A DNA stretch of 64,000 nt, from contig CAZUDO010000056.1 of the NCBI GenBank assembly GCA_964618895.1, forward strand, positions 104,744-168,743, given 5' to 3'. The translations under genes were made by a program, and so were the position numbers. The notes under the pieces were generated by a model. The model saw only the letters and a list, made by a program, of their open reading frames with translations, ran no database searches and was not told the origin of the DNA. This DNA comes from an uncultured Candidatus Binatia bacterium. Lineage in GTDB: Bacteria > Desulfobacterota > Binatia > DP-6. Positions within the stretch are counted from its first letter, which is position 1, and each line of letters begins with the position of its first letter. This document shows positions 52,201 to 61,348 of this stretch, piece by piece.

Positions 52201-52455
52201 CGCTACAAGGACGTGACGACCGCCAGCGACGGCGCCCGCAACCTGGTGGTGAAGAGCGGGCTCACCAACAAGGCCAAAGTGGCGTTCACGGGCAAGGGCA
52301 CGAATCTGCCCGATCCGCCCGCGGGCGCGCTCACCCTGCCGATCACGACACAGGTCACGAACGGGACCGTGTGCTTCGAGGGCACGTACGCCCCGGCGCA
52401 CGTGATCCTGAACGACGCCACCCGGTTCTCGGCCAAGGTCGTCCCGGCGCCGTAG
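49282..52455 (+). CDS. Large secreted ELWxxDG-repeat (beta-propeller) protein with a C-terminal array of Myxococcales cysteine-rich repeats and a distal beta-rich domain
   Basis: Signal peptide; eight 48-aa repeats of the form ELWTSDGTAGGTxLVxDIxPGxxxSSPxxLxxVGxxLFFxAxDGxNG; then CGNGxxxPGExCDDGN and DxCDGxGxCxH repeats (the pattern described for Myxococcales Cys-rich repeats); start at ATG 49282 with a GGGAGA RBS (alternative 49264). Confidence 0.8.
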   Translation: MGDRRLTATGHPRRGWGRSLVHLAVLVAVGVSVRPATGTPAPQILSDIHPTGTSTSTRLVGVGSTYFFQADDGVNARELWKTDGTGAGTTLVADIWPGGGAPGSQPANVVNLGGTAVFAADDGTNGRELWTSNGTAGGTALLVDIRPGASGSSPNFLVTIGSLVFFSADDGSNGRELWTSDGTAGGTALLADIRPGAAASSPSNLVAVGTRLFFTADDGTNGVELWTSDGTGLGTVLVKDIVAGASGSSPSNLVAVGGQLYFAASDSTNGNELWTSDGTTVGTVLVKNIRAGSSSSAPSSLVDFGGTLVFSADDGVVGRELWKSNGTAAGTVLVKDIFTGASASSPANPTAIGTTLFFSASTGSGTELWTSDGTAGGTVLVKDIAPGSPSSSPAQLAAVGSILYFRATDGTNGAELWQSDGTAAGTVMVANIAPGAASSTPTNLSVGAGTLFFAADDGVRANEPWVLLASCGNGALNPGEACDDGNAVDTDACSNDCTLTGCGNGVVAGAEECDDGNQAAGDCCAPTCTFESSGSACASDLDACTDDECDGAGACTHPPAAAGTPCGDPGVSPCDAADSCDGAGTCDQNLVAAGTPCPDDGLACRLDQCDGAGACDHPLAGAGTGCRPVAGACDVAESCDGLDENCPADGFAADTVVCRPAAGPCDVDELCTGASAACPADVKSTALCRPSAGDCDVDESCDGVSDACPADGFQSGTVVCRPAVGPCDAADTCTGTSASCPADGKSTAVCRPAAGPCDLIESCDGVSDACPTDAKSTGMCRPVAGACDVAETCDGGSDDCPVDTFEAAGTECRPALGICDLPEFCSGTEAPCPTDVTVADGTPCDDASVCTQSDACLAGACVGTSLDCDDGNPCTQDTCDQGNGCENETAPATGCRGALTSKLIFKRNPIDHTKDLLKWVWAKGQATTLAELGTPITTTDYDLCVYDGTNQVLARVHVPGGSSAWAALGNAGFRYKDVTTASDGARNLVVKSGLTNKAKVAFTGKGTNLPDPPAGALTLPITTQVTNGTVCFEGTYAPAHVILNDATRFSAKVVPAP
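49513..50680. repeat. Intragenic array of about eight diverged 144-bp (48-aa) ELWxxDG repeats
   Basis: The periodicity is visible in the translation (ELWKTDGT..., ELWTSNGT..., ELWTSDGT... x6); the DNA copies are diverged (protein-level repeats). Confidence 0.7.
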
Positions 52456-52515
52456 CGTGTTGTTCGTATGACGGGGCACGGTCGGGCGCGCGCCCAGGGC
52501 GGGCTCCAGGGGGGG

Positions 52516-55161
52516 ATGGCCATGGGTGCAGTACGCGTCCTCGGTGTCGCGGTGGTGCTGGCCGCCGGGTTCGTGGCGCGGCCTGTCCGCGCGGCCGTGC
52601 TCGCCGAGTCGATCAGCGTCTCGGGCGACAGCATCGCCCGCGGCTACGACGCCAACACCAGCGCGTGCAACTACGGCGACAACGTCTCCCGCAACTGGGC
52701 CACCGGCGACACCCACGGCGGCAGCTTCTGCGCGGCGGGCGGCGAGGGCACCTTCAGCCACGCCGAGCGCCTCGAATGCGCCAAGGGCGGCAACGTCACC
52801 ATCTTCAACGACGCGGCCAGCGGCGCCGACATGCTGAGCGACTTCTACAACCAGGCGGTCAACATCAAGCTGAACCTCTCGTCGTCACTGGCGCCGCGCT
52901 ACGTGCCGGTGTTCATGGGCCACAACGACATCTGCACCAACACCGAGACCAGAACCGGCAACGCCTGCGGCGGCGACGACGACCCGAACAACTACTGCCG
53001 CACCGCCCCGGCGGCCTTCGAGCGCGAGTTCCGCCGTGGCATGGACCAGCTGATCCAGATCCCAAGCGTCCGCATCGGCGTATCGGCGGTGGTGCGCGTC
53101 TCCGAGCTGTGCAACTTTACCGGCAAGAGCGGCTGTGGGATCACGCTCGGCCTGCCGTGCAGCTCGGTGTGGGGTCTGGTCGACATCTGCGCCTCGCTCA
53201 CCAAGGACTGCTCGAACCAGCGGCGCATCGACGCGTATCTGACGGCGCTGGCGTACAACCAGATCCTGGAGGTGGTGACGGCCGAGTATGCTGCCATCTC
53301 CACGGGCGGGATGTCGCTCACCGGCGCGGTCAAGGCGCCCGACGTGGCCATCCGCTACAGCGAAGGCGCGTTCTTCTTCAAGTTCGCGAGCGCCGACGTG
53401 TCGTGTTGCGACTGCTTCCATCCCTCCGACCTGGGGCAATCGAAGATGGCGCAGTTCGGCTGGGACGGTCTGCAGTGCAGCGGCACCACGCCCTGCTGCG
53501 GGACCAGCGGCGATCCGCTCACGGACGCGATGTGCTCGCTGGTCGACACGGCGACGTTCTACCCGTCGGGCTTCTGGCCCGGCGGCATGCCGTGCGGCAA
53601 CGGCATTCTGGATCCCATGGAGCAGTGCGACGACGGCAACGCCCTCGACGGCGACTGCTGCTCGTCGTCGTGTACCTTCGATCCGGGCGGCACCCCGTGC
53701 GCGAGCGACGGCAACGTGTGCACGGACGACGTGTGCAACCCGACCGGCGGCTGCACCCATCCCGCCAATGCCGCGCCGTGTGGCGACGGGTTCTTCTGCA
53801 CCGTCAACGACACGTGCAGCGGCGGATCGTGCGCCGGCACGGCGCGCGACTGCTCCAGCGCCGGCAATCAGTGCAACGTCGGCGTCTGCGACGAAGCGCA
53901 GGACCAGTGCGTCGCGCAGCCAGTGTCGAACGGGACCGGCTGCATCGACGGCGACGCGTGTACGCAGACCGACACCTGCCAGAACGGGACGTGTACGGGC
54001 GCGAACCCCGTGGTGTGTACGGCCCAGGACCAGTGCCACGACGCCGGCACGTGCAATCCGCTGACAGGCGTGTGCTCGAACCCGGCCAAGGCGAACGGGA
54101 CCGCGTGTGCCGACGGCGACGCGTGTACGCAGACCGACACCTGCCAGGGCGGGACGTGTACGGGCGCGAACCCCGTGGTGTGTACGGCCCAGGACCAGTG
54201 TCACGACGCCGGCACGTGCAATCCCCTGACCGGTGGGTGCTCCAACCCGGCCAAGGCGAACGGGACGGCGTGCACGGACGGTGACGCGTGCACGCAGACC
54301 GACACCTGCCAGGCCGGGACCTGTACGGGCACGAACCCCGTCGTGTGCACCGCCCAGAACCAGTGTCACGACGCCGGCACGTGCAATCCGGGGACGGGCG
54401 TGTGCTCCAATCCGGCCAAGCCGGACGGCAGTGCCTGTAGCGACGGCAACGCGTGCACGGCCGCCGACCAGTGTGTCGCCGGCGTGTGCCAGGGCGGGGC
54501 GCCGCCGTGCGGCGACGGGATCGTGCAGGCCAGCTGCGGCGAGCAGTGCGACGACGGCGCTGCCAACGGCACGAACCAGTGCTGTTCGGCCACCTGCCAA
54601 CGGGTCGACGGCGACGGCGACGGCCTCTGCAACCGCGACGACCCGTGCACCGGCCTGGCCGGGCTGATCAAGCAGCGCATCACCATCACGCGTCTCGATA
54701 CGCCGCCCGGCGACGACCGCTTGAGCATCAAGGGCGACGGCATCCTGCCGTTCCCCTTCGCGCCGGCGCTCAACCCGATCGCGAACGGCGCCCGCCTGCT
54801 GGTCGAGCGTACAGGGGGCACCCTCGTCGATGTGACCCTGCCGGGCCTGGCGTGGACCGGCACCGTCGGCTGGCGCGTCAACGCCGCTGGCAACACGTTC
54901 ACGTGGACCGACAAGACGACCACGCCGCCGGGCGGTATCACGCGCTTCAAGGTCAAGCAGGTGGCGGCCACGCCGGGGCTGGTGCAGGTACGGGCCAAGG
55001 GGCTCGGGTCGTACAGCGTCACCGTCGGCGACCTGCCGCTCCGATTCACGGCCGTGCTCGACCCGCCGACCGCCGAGACGGGGCAGTGCGGCGAGGCGAC
55101 GTTCCCGGGGCCCCTGCCCCCGAGCTGTGTGCTGGTGGCGGCGAAGCTGACCTGTAAGTAG
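52516..55161 (+). CDS. Secreted SGNH/GDSL-type hydrolase fused to Myxococcales cysteine-rich repeats and a C-terminal beta domain
   Basis: Signal peptide; block I GDSIARGYD (catalytic Ser); block III GHNDIC; block V DCFHPSDLG (Asp/His); then CGNGILDPMEQCDDGN plus three tandem CTQTDTCQxGTCTGANPVVCTAQDQCHDAGTCNP repeats. Confidence 0.8.
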   Translation: MAMGAVRVLGVAVVLAAGFVARPVRAAVLAESISVSGDSIARGYDANTSACNYGDNVSRNWATGDTHGGSFCAAGGEGTFSHAERLECAKGGNVTIFNDAASGADMLSDFYNQAVNIKLNLSSSLAPRYVPVFMGHNDICTNTETRTGNACGGDDDPNNYCRTAPAAFEREFRRGMDQLIQIPSVRIGVSAVVRVSELCNFTGKSGCGITLGLPCSSVWGLVDICASLTKDCSNQRRIDAYLTALAYNQILEVVTAEYAAISTGGMSLTGAVKAPDVAIRYSEGAFFFKFASADVSCCDCFHPSDLGQSKMAQFGWDGLQCSGTTPCCGTSGDPLTDAMCSLVDTATFYPSGFWPGGMPCGNGILDPMEQCDDGNALDGDCCSSSCTFDPGGTPCASDGNVCTDDVCNPTGGCTHPANAAPCGDGFFCTVNDTCSGGSCAGTARDCSSAGNQCNVGVCDEAQDQCVAQPVSNGTGCIDGDACTQTDTCQNGTCTGANPVVCTAQDQCHDAGTCNPLTGVCSNPAKANGTACADGDACTQTDTCQGGTCTGANPVVCTAQDQCHDAGTCNPLTGGCSNPAKANGTACTDGDACTQTDTCQAGTCTGTNPVVCTAQNQCHDAGTCNPGTGVCSNPAKPDGSACSDGNACTAADQCVAGVCQGGAPPCGDGIVQASCGEQCDDGAANGTNQCCSATCQRVDGDGDGLCNRDDPCTGLAGLIKQRITITRLDTPPGDDRLSIKGDGILPFPFAPALNPIANGARLLVERTGGTLVDVTLPGLAWTGTVGWRVNAAGNTFTWTDKTTTPPGGITRFKVKQVAATPGLVQVRAKGLGSYSVTVGDLPLRFTAVLDPPTAETGQCGEATFPGPLPPSCVLVAAKLTCK
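53947..54441. repeat. Three near-identical tandem 165-bp (55-aa) coding repeats
   Basis: gacggcgacgcgtgtacgcagaccgacacctgccag...ggcgaacgggac(c/g)gcgtg(t/c)(gcc/acg) recurs at 53947, 54112 and 54277 with more than 90% identity (DGDACTQTDTCQxGTCTGANPVVCTAQDQCHDAGTCNPLTGxCSNPAKANGTAC). Confidence 0.85.
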
Positions 55162-55163
55162 GG

Positions 55164-55811
55164 CTACGAAACGGCCTGGCGCGCGCCGGTGGCGACGAAG
55201 CTGCGTGCCACCTGCGCCCGCAGGCGGCGCACCAGCTCATCGCGTTCCGCTCGCATACCGCCTGCGACCCAGTCCGCCAGCAGCACCTGGTCCATCACGC
55301 TGAACATGCGCGCCAGGTACTCGGGGTCCTCGTCGACGAACTCGCCGGCAGCGATGCCGCGCCGGAAGATGCCCGCCTGCAGCGCATGGATCTCCTGCCA
55401 GAGGCGGATCTGCGCGTCCGTGCCCGCCGTCGGTCCGAGCGCCCACGACGACCCCGAGCGCAGGTGCAGGCGGAGGAAGCCCTGGTGGGCCAGGAAGTAG
55501 TCGATGTAGGTCTCGAGCAGGGCGTCGAGCACCTCGCGCGCCGTGCCGGGGCGCGCCGTCACCGCGTGCACCAGACCGAGCAGCTCCTGCCCGCGCTCCT
55601 CCAGGATGGCTCCGAAGAGCTCCGTCTTGCCCGCGAAGATGCCGTAGATGGTTCCCATCGACAGGCCGGCAAGTGCGGAGATATCCTGGACTTTTGCCGT
55701 CTCGAAGCCGTGCTCCGCGAACACCCGCTCGGCGGCGTCCAGGATGTGGCTGCGGTACACGCTCTCGCGGGCGCGCCGGGCCTCGTCGCGCGGCGTCTTC
55801 CGTCGCTGCAC
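55164..55811 (-). CDS. TetR-family transcriptional regulator (divergent from the catabolic operon)
   Basis: HTH FETAKVQDISALAGLSMGTIYGIFAGKTELF; 215 aa. Confidence 0.85.
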   Translation of the reverse strand: MQRRKTPRDEARRARESVYRSHILDAAERVFAEHGFETAKVQDISALAGLSMGTIYGIFAGKTELFGAILEERGQELLGLVHAVTARPGTAREVLDALLETYIDYFLAHQGFLRLHLRSGSSWALGPTAGTDAQIRLWQEIHALQAGIFRRGIAAGEFVDEDPEYLARMFSVMDQVLLADWVAGGMRAERDELVRRLRAQVARSFVATGARQAVS

Positions 55812-55904
55812 GCGTGAAAACTACCATTCGAAAAACGGCTTGACAAGTCGAATTTACGAATGGTAATTCGCTGACCCGAATCCGAGTCGAGAAGGGAGCC
55901 CTCC
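55812..55904. promoter_or_regulatory. Divergent promoter/operator region between the TetR gene and the LLM monooxygenase operon
   Basis: cttgacaagtcgaatttacgaatggtaattcg contains a -35 TTGACA, a plausible -10 TGGTAAT, and the inverted repeats cgaatt-N10-aattcg and accattcg...cgaatggt; GAGAAGGGAG RBS before the ATG at 55905. Confidence 0.35.
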
Positions 55905-57029
55905 ATGGAGTTCGGCATTTTCTCGCAGATGCACTGCCCGCCCTGGGACGACGAACATTCCCGGTACCTGCGCGAGCTCGAGGTGTCGCTGGCGGTCGAG
56001 GCGGCGGGCTTCAAGTACGACTGGTCGCCGGAACACCACTTCCTGCAGCACTACTCGCATCAGCCGGCGCCGGAGGTGTTCCTCTCCTGGGTGGCGGCAC
56101 GCACCAAGCGCATCCACGTCGGTACCGCGATCACCAACATCACGGCGGCCGTCAACCACCCCGCCCGCGTCGCCGAGCGCATCGCCACCATGGACCACCT
56201 GTCCGAGGGGCGGGTCGAGTTCGGCACCGGCCGCGGCTCGTCGTCGGCCGAATGGGGCGGCTTCGCCATCCCGAACGCTGCCGAGACCAAGCCCATGTGG
56301 CGGGAGTCGCTGGAGCAGATCCCGCGCATGTGGCGGGACGAGCCGTACGCGTTCGAAGGCAAGTACTTCCGCATGCCGGAGCGGAACGTGTTGCCGAAGC
56401 CGTACTCCAAACCCCATCCGCCGATGTGGGTCGCGTGCTCGAGCCCGAACACCTTCGCCGAGGCCGGCGAGCTGGGGCTCGGCTCACTGTGCTTCACGTT
56501 CGGCACGCCGTCCGAGATCGCCGAGCACGTCCGCAACTACAAAGAGGGCATCAAGCGCTGCAAGACGCCGGTGGGTGGGTTCATCAACGACAACATCGCC
56601 GTCACCACCAACATGTTCTGCCTGCCCGATGGCGACAAGGCGCGCCACCTCTATGCCGGGGCCAAGGTGGAGAAGTTCACCGAGTACTTCTTCAGTTGGC
56701 TCGATTCGATCCCGCGTCCGAAGGGCATGCCGAAGGACGGCCCCATCACGGGCCTGCCGCAGACCACAGCCGAGGAGCTGAAGGCCGGGCTGGCCGGCGG
56801 TGGTCGCCAGATCGGGGCGCCCGAGGAGATCATCGAGGTCATCAAGATGTACGAGGCGATCGGCGTCGACCAGCTCATCTACGCACCCTTGACGCTGACG
56901 CTCGACCAGAAGTACGTCCTGGACTCGATCGAGACCTTCGGGAAGCACGTGTTGCCGCACTTCGACAAGGACCCCGTCCACTCGACGACGCGGCAGCGGC
57001 TGGCGGCGCTGAAGGCGCGGGCGGCCTGA
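55905..57029 (+). CDS. LLM-class (luciferase-like) flavin-dependent monooxygenase/oxidoreductase
   Basis: MEFGIFSQMHCPP...EHHFLQHYS...AITNITAAVNHPARVAERIATMDHLSEGRVEFGTGRG, the TIM-barrel LLM signature; 374 aa. Confidence 0.9.
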   Translation: MEFGIFSQMHCPPWDDEHSRYLRELEVSLAVEAAGFKYDWSPEHHFLQHYSHQPAPEVFLSWVAARTKRIHVGTAITNITAAVNHPARVAERIATMDHLSEGRVEFGTGRGSSSAEWGGFAIPNAAETKPMWRESLEQIPRMWRDEPYAFEGKYFRMPERNVLPKPYSKPHPPMWVACSSPNTFAEAGELGLGSLCFTFGTPSEIAEHVRNYKEGIKRCKTPVGGFINDNIAVTTNMFCLPDGDKARHLYAGAKVEKFTEYFFSWLDSIPRPKGMPKDGPITGLPQTTAEELKAGLAGGGRQIGAPEEIIEVIKMYEAIGVDQLIYAPLTLTLDQKYVLDSIETFGKHVLPHFDKDPVHSTTRQRLAALKARAA

Positions 57030-57047
57030 GCGGCGGACACGAAGCAG

Positions 57048-58505
57048 ATGGGCGTGCCGGTCATCGACAGGATCCTCGTCGGCGGAGAATGGGTTCCCGC
57101 CGGCGCCGGGACCTATCCGGTGATCGACCCGGCCACCGAGGAGCCGGCCGGACACGCGCCGCACGCCTCGGTCGCCCAGGTCAGCGCTGCTGCCCGCGCG
57201 GCGCGCGACGCCTTCGAGCGCGGGCCGTGGCGCACGATGCCCGCGGCCGAGCGCGCCGGCTGTCTGCGCGACGCGACCGAGCGCTTCAAACGCCACATGC
57301 ACGAGCTGGTCGACCTCACCATCGCGGAGACCGGGGCGGTGCGGGCGGTGGCGGAGAGCCAGCAGGTGGGGGCGGTGGCGCTCCGACTCGCCAAGGCGGC
57401 CGACCTGGCGGGCGAGGCGACCGACGAGGCGTTGTCGCCCCGCGAGCTGCCCGGCGGGCGCGGGCTCGCTACCGGCATCGTCGTCCGCGAGCCCATCGGC
57501 GTAGTGGCCTGCGTCACGCCCGCCAACTTCCCCATGACCAACTGCGCCGGCAAGCTCGGTCCGGCGCTGGCGTGCGGCAATACGGTGGTGGTGAAGCCGG
57601 CGCCCGTCGACCCACTCGGCGTGGCCGAGCTCTGCCGCCTGGTCGCGCCCGCGTTCCCGCCCGGCGTGGTCAACTTCGTGTGCGGGCCCGGCCCCGACAT
57701 CGGCGAGGCGCTCACGCTGTCGCCCGACGTGGACATGATCTCCTTCACCGGCAGCTCGGGCGTGGGCGCGCGCATCCAGGAACAGGCCGGGCCGCGCATG
57801 AAGCGCACCCTGATGGAGCTGGGCGGCAAGTCGGCCAGCATCGTGTTCGCCGACGCGGATCCCGCCCGGGCGCTGCAGGGCGCGATGCAGGTGTGGACCT
57901 TTCACTCGGGGCAGATCTGCATCGCCGGCACGCGGCTCCTGATCGAAGCGTCGATCTACGATGCCTTCACGGCCCGCATGGTCGAGGCGGCCGCGAAGCT
58001 CACGATCGGCGACCCGCGCGCGCCGGGGGTGATCGTCGGCCCGCTGGTCTCGGCGGCGCAGCGCGAGCGTGTCGAGCGCTTCATCGCGCGCGGCAGGGCC
58101 GAGGGCGCCACGGTCGCCTGCGGCGGGCGCCGCCCGCCGCACCTGCCGCGCGGCTACTACATGGAGCCGACGCTCTTCACCCACGCGCAGAACGACATGG
58201 AGGTCGCGCGCGAGGAGATCTTCGGTCCCGTCATCACCGCCATACCCTTCCGCGATGAGGCCGAGGCGATCGCGCTCGCCAACGACTCCGACTATGGCCT
58301 CTACGGCTACGTATGGACCGGCGACACGGCGCGCGGCGTGCGGGTAGCGCGCGCGCTCCGCACGGGGACGGTGCAGATCAACGGCAGCCCGCTCAACCCC
58401 GATGCCCCCTTCGGTGGCTACAAGCGCTCCGGCGTCGGCCGCGACGGCGGCCGCTGGGCGCTCGGGACGTACAGCGAGCTCAAATACATCGGGTGGACGG
58501 CATGA
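57048..58505 (+). CDS. NAD(P)-dependent aldehyde dehydrogenase
   Basis: Catalytic Cys region FHSGQICIAGTRLL, the glutamate motif MELGGKSA, and PFGGYKRSGVGRD; 485 aa. Confidence 0.9.
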   Translation: MGVPVIDRILVGGEWVPAGAGTYPVIDPATEEPAGHAPHASVAQVSAAARAARDAFERGPWRTMPAAERAGCLRDATERFKRHMHELVDLTIAETGAVRAVAESQQVGAVALRLAKAADLAGEATDEALSPRELPGGRGLATGIVVREPIGVVACVTPANFPMTNCAGKLGPALACGNTVVVKPAPVDPLGVAELCRLVAPAFPPGVVNFVCGPGPDIGEALTLSPDVDMISFTGSSGVGARIQEQAGPRMKRTLMELGGKSASIVFADADPARALQGAMQVWTFHSGQICIAGTRLLIEASIYDAFTARMVEAAAKLTIGDPRAPGVIVGPLVSAAQRERVERFIARGRAEGATVACGGRRPPHLPRGYYMEPTLFTHAQNDMEVAREEIFGPVITAIPFRDEAEAIALANDSDYGLYGYVWTGDTARGVRVARALRTGTVQINGSPLNPDAPFGGYKRSGVGRDGGRWALGTYSELKYIGWTA

Positions 58506-58548
58506 GCGGCCGCGGCACGCCCATCGGATGGATCGGACGGACGGCGTA

Positions 58549-60255
58549 ATGGCATTCGACACCATCATCAAGGGCGGCACGGTCGTGGACGGCTCGGGGC
58601 TTCCGCGGCGGCTCGCCGACGTGGGCATCCGCGGCGGCATGATCACGGACGTGGGCCGGCTCTCGGGCGGCACGCGTACGATCGACGCCGACGGGCTGGT
58701 GGTGATGCCCGGCATCGTCGACGCGCACACCCACTACGACCCGCAGCTTACCTTCGACCCGTTCGGCAGCTCGTCGTGCTTCCACGGCGTCACCTCGGTG
58801 GTGGGCGGCAACTGCGGCTATTCGATCGCGCCCTGCGCTCCGAAAGACCGCGACTGGATCACGGCCTTCTTCGCCAAGGTCGAGGGCATGACGCCGAGCG
58901 TGCTGAAGGCGGGCCTGCCGTGGGACTGGGAGACCTTCCCCCAGCTCCTCGACGTGCTCGACACCCGCCTCGGCATCAACGCCGCCGCCTACGTCGGCCA
59001 CTCCGCCATCCGGCGCTGGGTGATGGGGGACGCGGCCTCGGAGCGCGCGGCCACGCCCGCCGAGATCACGCAGATGGCCGCCCTGGTGCGCGAGGCGATG
59101 CGCCACGGCGCCGCCGGCTTCTCGTCGTCGCAGTCGCCGACGCACGTCGACCAGTTCAACCGGCCGGTGCCGTCGCGCAAGGCCACCTTCGAGGAGATCA
59201 AGGCGCTCGCCACGGCGGCGGGCGAGGGCGGGGCGGGCTCGATTGCGTTCCTGGCGTCGACGGCGGTGCAGGGTTACGACGCCGGCGACCGCGAGCGGCT
59301 CGTCGAGCTGGCGCACGTCTCCGGGCTGCCGGTGGTCGTGCAGGGCATGGGCTACCGTCCCGGCGCCAAGGACAAGTGGGACGACCAGGTGCGCTTCCTC
59401 TCCGATGCGCGCAGCCAGGGGGCGGCTATCTACTCGATGCTGCGGACGCAGCCGTTCATGCGGCCGTTCAACTGGCGGCGCGGCACGTCGCTGTTCGACG
59501 GCGTGTTCCACTGGCGCGACCTGGCGGCTCTGCCCCCGGCGGAGCGCCTGGCGCGCTTCAAGAACTCCAACGGCCGGGAAGAGCTGCGCCGGGGGCTCGA
59601 CCATCCCAACACCGACAGCGCCAAGGGCTCGACCCTGCCGCCGCCGGCCATGACGGCGCTGTTCGTCGACAAGTCGAAAACGGATCCGGGCGCGGTCGGA
59701 AAGCACCTCGCTCAGCTCGCCAAGGAGCGCGGCGTCCATCCCGCCGACGTGTTCTGCGAGATCACCGCCGGCGACGACCTCGATACGCAGTGGGTCTACA
59801 ACAGCGAGAGCCCGGCCTGGATCGAGGCCAATCTCGAGGCCCAGAAGAACCTGCACATGATCGTCGGCACCGGCGACGGCGGCGCACACGCCGATCGCGA
59901 CGACGGCGCCGAGTGGTCGACGTACTTCCTCCGCACCTGGTGCCTCGACCGCCAGGCCTACACGCTGGAGGACGCCGTCCGCCGCATCACCCAGCTGCCG
60001 GCCGTCATCTGTGGCATCGAGCGCCGCGGCATGATCGCGCGCGGCTACCACGCGGACCTGATGCTCTTCGATCCCAAGCGTCTGGCGCTCGGCAAGAAAC
60101 AGCTGGTGCACGACATGCCGGGCGGCGAGGAGCGCTGGCAGGTGCTGCCGGAGGGGGTCGAGCGCGTGCTCGTGAACGGCGAGGTAATCGTCGAGCGGGG
60201 CAAGCTCACCGGCGCGCGACCCGGGCGCGTCCTCCGCATCGGAAACGCCACCTGA
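58549..60255 (+). CDS. N-acyl-D-amino-acid deacylase (D-aminoacylase) family amidohydrolase
   Basis: MAFDTIIKGGTVVDGSG...GIVDAHTHYD metal-binding HxH; FHGVTSVVGGNCG; C-terminal GYHADLMLFDP; 568 aa. Confidence 0.8.
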   Translation: MAFDTIIKGGTVVDGSGLPRRLADVGIRGGMITDVGRLSGGTRTIDADGLVVMPGIVDAHTHYDPQLTFDPFGSSSCFHGVTSVVGGNCGYSIAPCAPKDRDWITAFFAKVEGMTPSVLKAGLPWDWETFPQLLDVLDTRLGINAAAYVGHSAIRRWVMGDAASERAATPAEITQMAALVREAMRHGAAGFSSSQSPTHVDQFNRPVPSRKATFEEIKALATAAGEGGAGSIAFLASTAVQGYDAGDRERLVELAHVSGLPVVVQGMGYRPGAKDKWDDQVRFLSDARSQGAAIYSMLRTQPFMRPFNWRRGTSLFDGVFHWRDLAALPPAERLARFKNSNGREELRRGLDHPNTDSAKGSTLPPPAMTALFVDKSKTDPGAVGKHLAQLAKERGVHPADVFCEITAGDDLDTQWVYNSESPAWIEANLEAQKNLHMIVGTGDGGAHADRDDGAEWSTYFLRTWCLDRQAYTLEDAVRRITQLPAVICGIERRGMIARGYHADLMLFDPKRLALGKKQLVHDMPGGEERWQVLPEGVERVLVNGEVIVERGKLTGARPGRVLRIGNAT

Positions 60256-61334
60256 TGCGGGCCGCCGTCTACCACGGGGGTGGGAAGCCGGTCTCCATCG
60301 AGGAGATCGGCGTGCGCGACCCCGGCCCGGGCGAGGTGCGGGTCGCCATCAAGGCGGCGGGTCTCTGCCACTCCGACCTGAGCGTCATCGACGGCACCAT
60401 CCCGTATCCGGTGCCGGTGGTGCTCGGGCACGAGGGGGCCGGCATGGTGGACGCGATCGGGAGCGGCGTCACCGGCGTGAAGGAAGGCGACGCCGTCGTC
60501 CTCTCGACGCTGGCCCACTGCGGCCGCTGTCGCGCCTGCGAGGTGGGGCGGCCGACCGAATGCCGGAACGCCCCCAATCCCAAGGAGACGCTGCCCTTCA
60601 CCGTGGGCGGGAAGCCGGCGTACCAGTTCGCCAACACATCGGCCTTCACCGAGCGCACGGTGGTGCGCGAGCAGAGCGCCATCCCGATCGACCCGCGCGT
60701 TCCCTTCGACTGCGCTGCGCTCATCGGCTGCGGCATCATGACCGGCTTCGGCGCGGTCGTGAACCGGGCGAAGGTGGAGACGGGGGCCACCATGGCCGTC
60801 TTCGGCCTCGGCGGCATCGGCCTCAGCTGCGTGCAGGGCGGGGTGCTGGTGGGCGCGGCGCAGATCATCGCCGTCGATGTGGTGAGTGAGAAGCTCGACC
60901 TGGCCCGCCGCCTGGGCGCCACGCACACGCTCGACGCCACGCGCGACGACCCGGTGGCGGCCATCCGGGACCTCACCCGCGGCGGCGCCGACTACACCTT
61001 CGAGGCGGTCGGCAGCCTGCCCGTCATCAAGCAGGCGCTCGACGCCCTCGGCCCGGGCGGCACGCTCACCATCGTCGGCGTGCCCAAGTTGGGCTCGAGC
61101 CTCGACGTGGTGGTCCACACGCTCTACCAGAACAAGGCGATCCTCGGCTGCCGCTACGGCGCCGCCCGGCCGCGGCGCGACTTTCCGCTGCTCGCCGACC
61201 TGTATCTCGGCGGCCGGCTCAAGATCGACGAGCTCATCACCCGGCACTACGCGCTCGACGACTTCGAACGGGCGCTGACCGACCTGCGCAGCGGGCACCT
61301 CGCCCGCGGCGTGTTCCGCTTCGACGCGGCCTAG
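60255..61334 (+). CDS. Zinc-dependent alcohol dehydrogenase (MDR family)
   Basis: GLCHSDL...GHEGAG catalytic-Zn motif; structural-Zn cysteines CGRCRACEVGRPTEC; Rossmann GLGGIGLS; ATGA overlap with the upstream gene. Confidence 0.9.
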   Translation: MRAAVYHGGGKPVSIEEIGVRDPGPGEVRVAIKAAGLCHSDLSVIDGTIPYPVPVVLGHEGAGMVDAIGSGVTGVKEGDAVVLSTLAHCGRCRACEVGRPTECRNAPNPKETLPFTVGGKPAYQFANTSAFTERTVVREQSAIPIDPRVPFDCAALIGCGIMTGFGAVVNRAKVETGATMAVFGLGGIGLSCVQGGVLVGAAQIIAVDVVSEKLDLARRLGATHTLDATRDDPVAAIRDLTRGGADYTFEAVGSLPVIKQALDALGPGGTLTIVGVPKLGSSLDVVVHTLYQNKAILGCRYGAARPRRDFPLLADLYLGGRLKIDELITRHYALDDFERALTDLRSGHLARGVFRFDAA

Positions 61335-61348
61335 ACGGAGGGAGTCCC

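Noticed and set aside
53947-54441. Possible CRISPR-like array suggested by regularly spaced direct repeats
   Set aside because: The repeats are 165 bp, contiguous with no spacers, and lie in frame inside a Cys-rich coding sequence; there are no cas genes. They are protein-domain tandem repeats.
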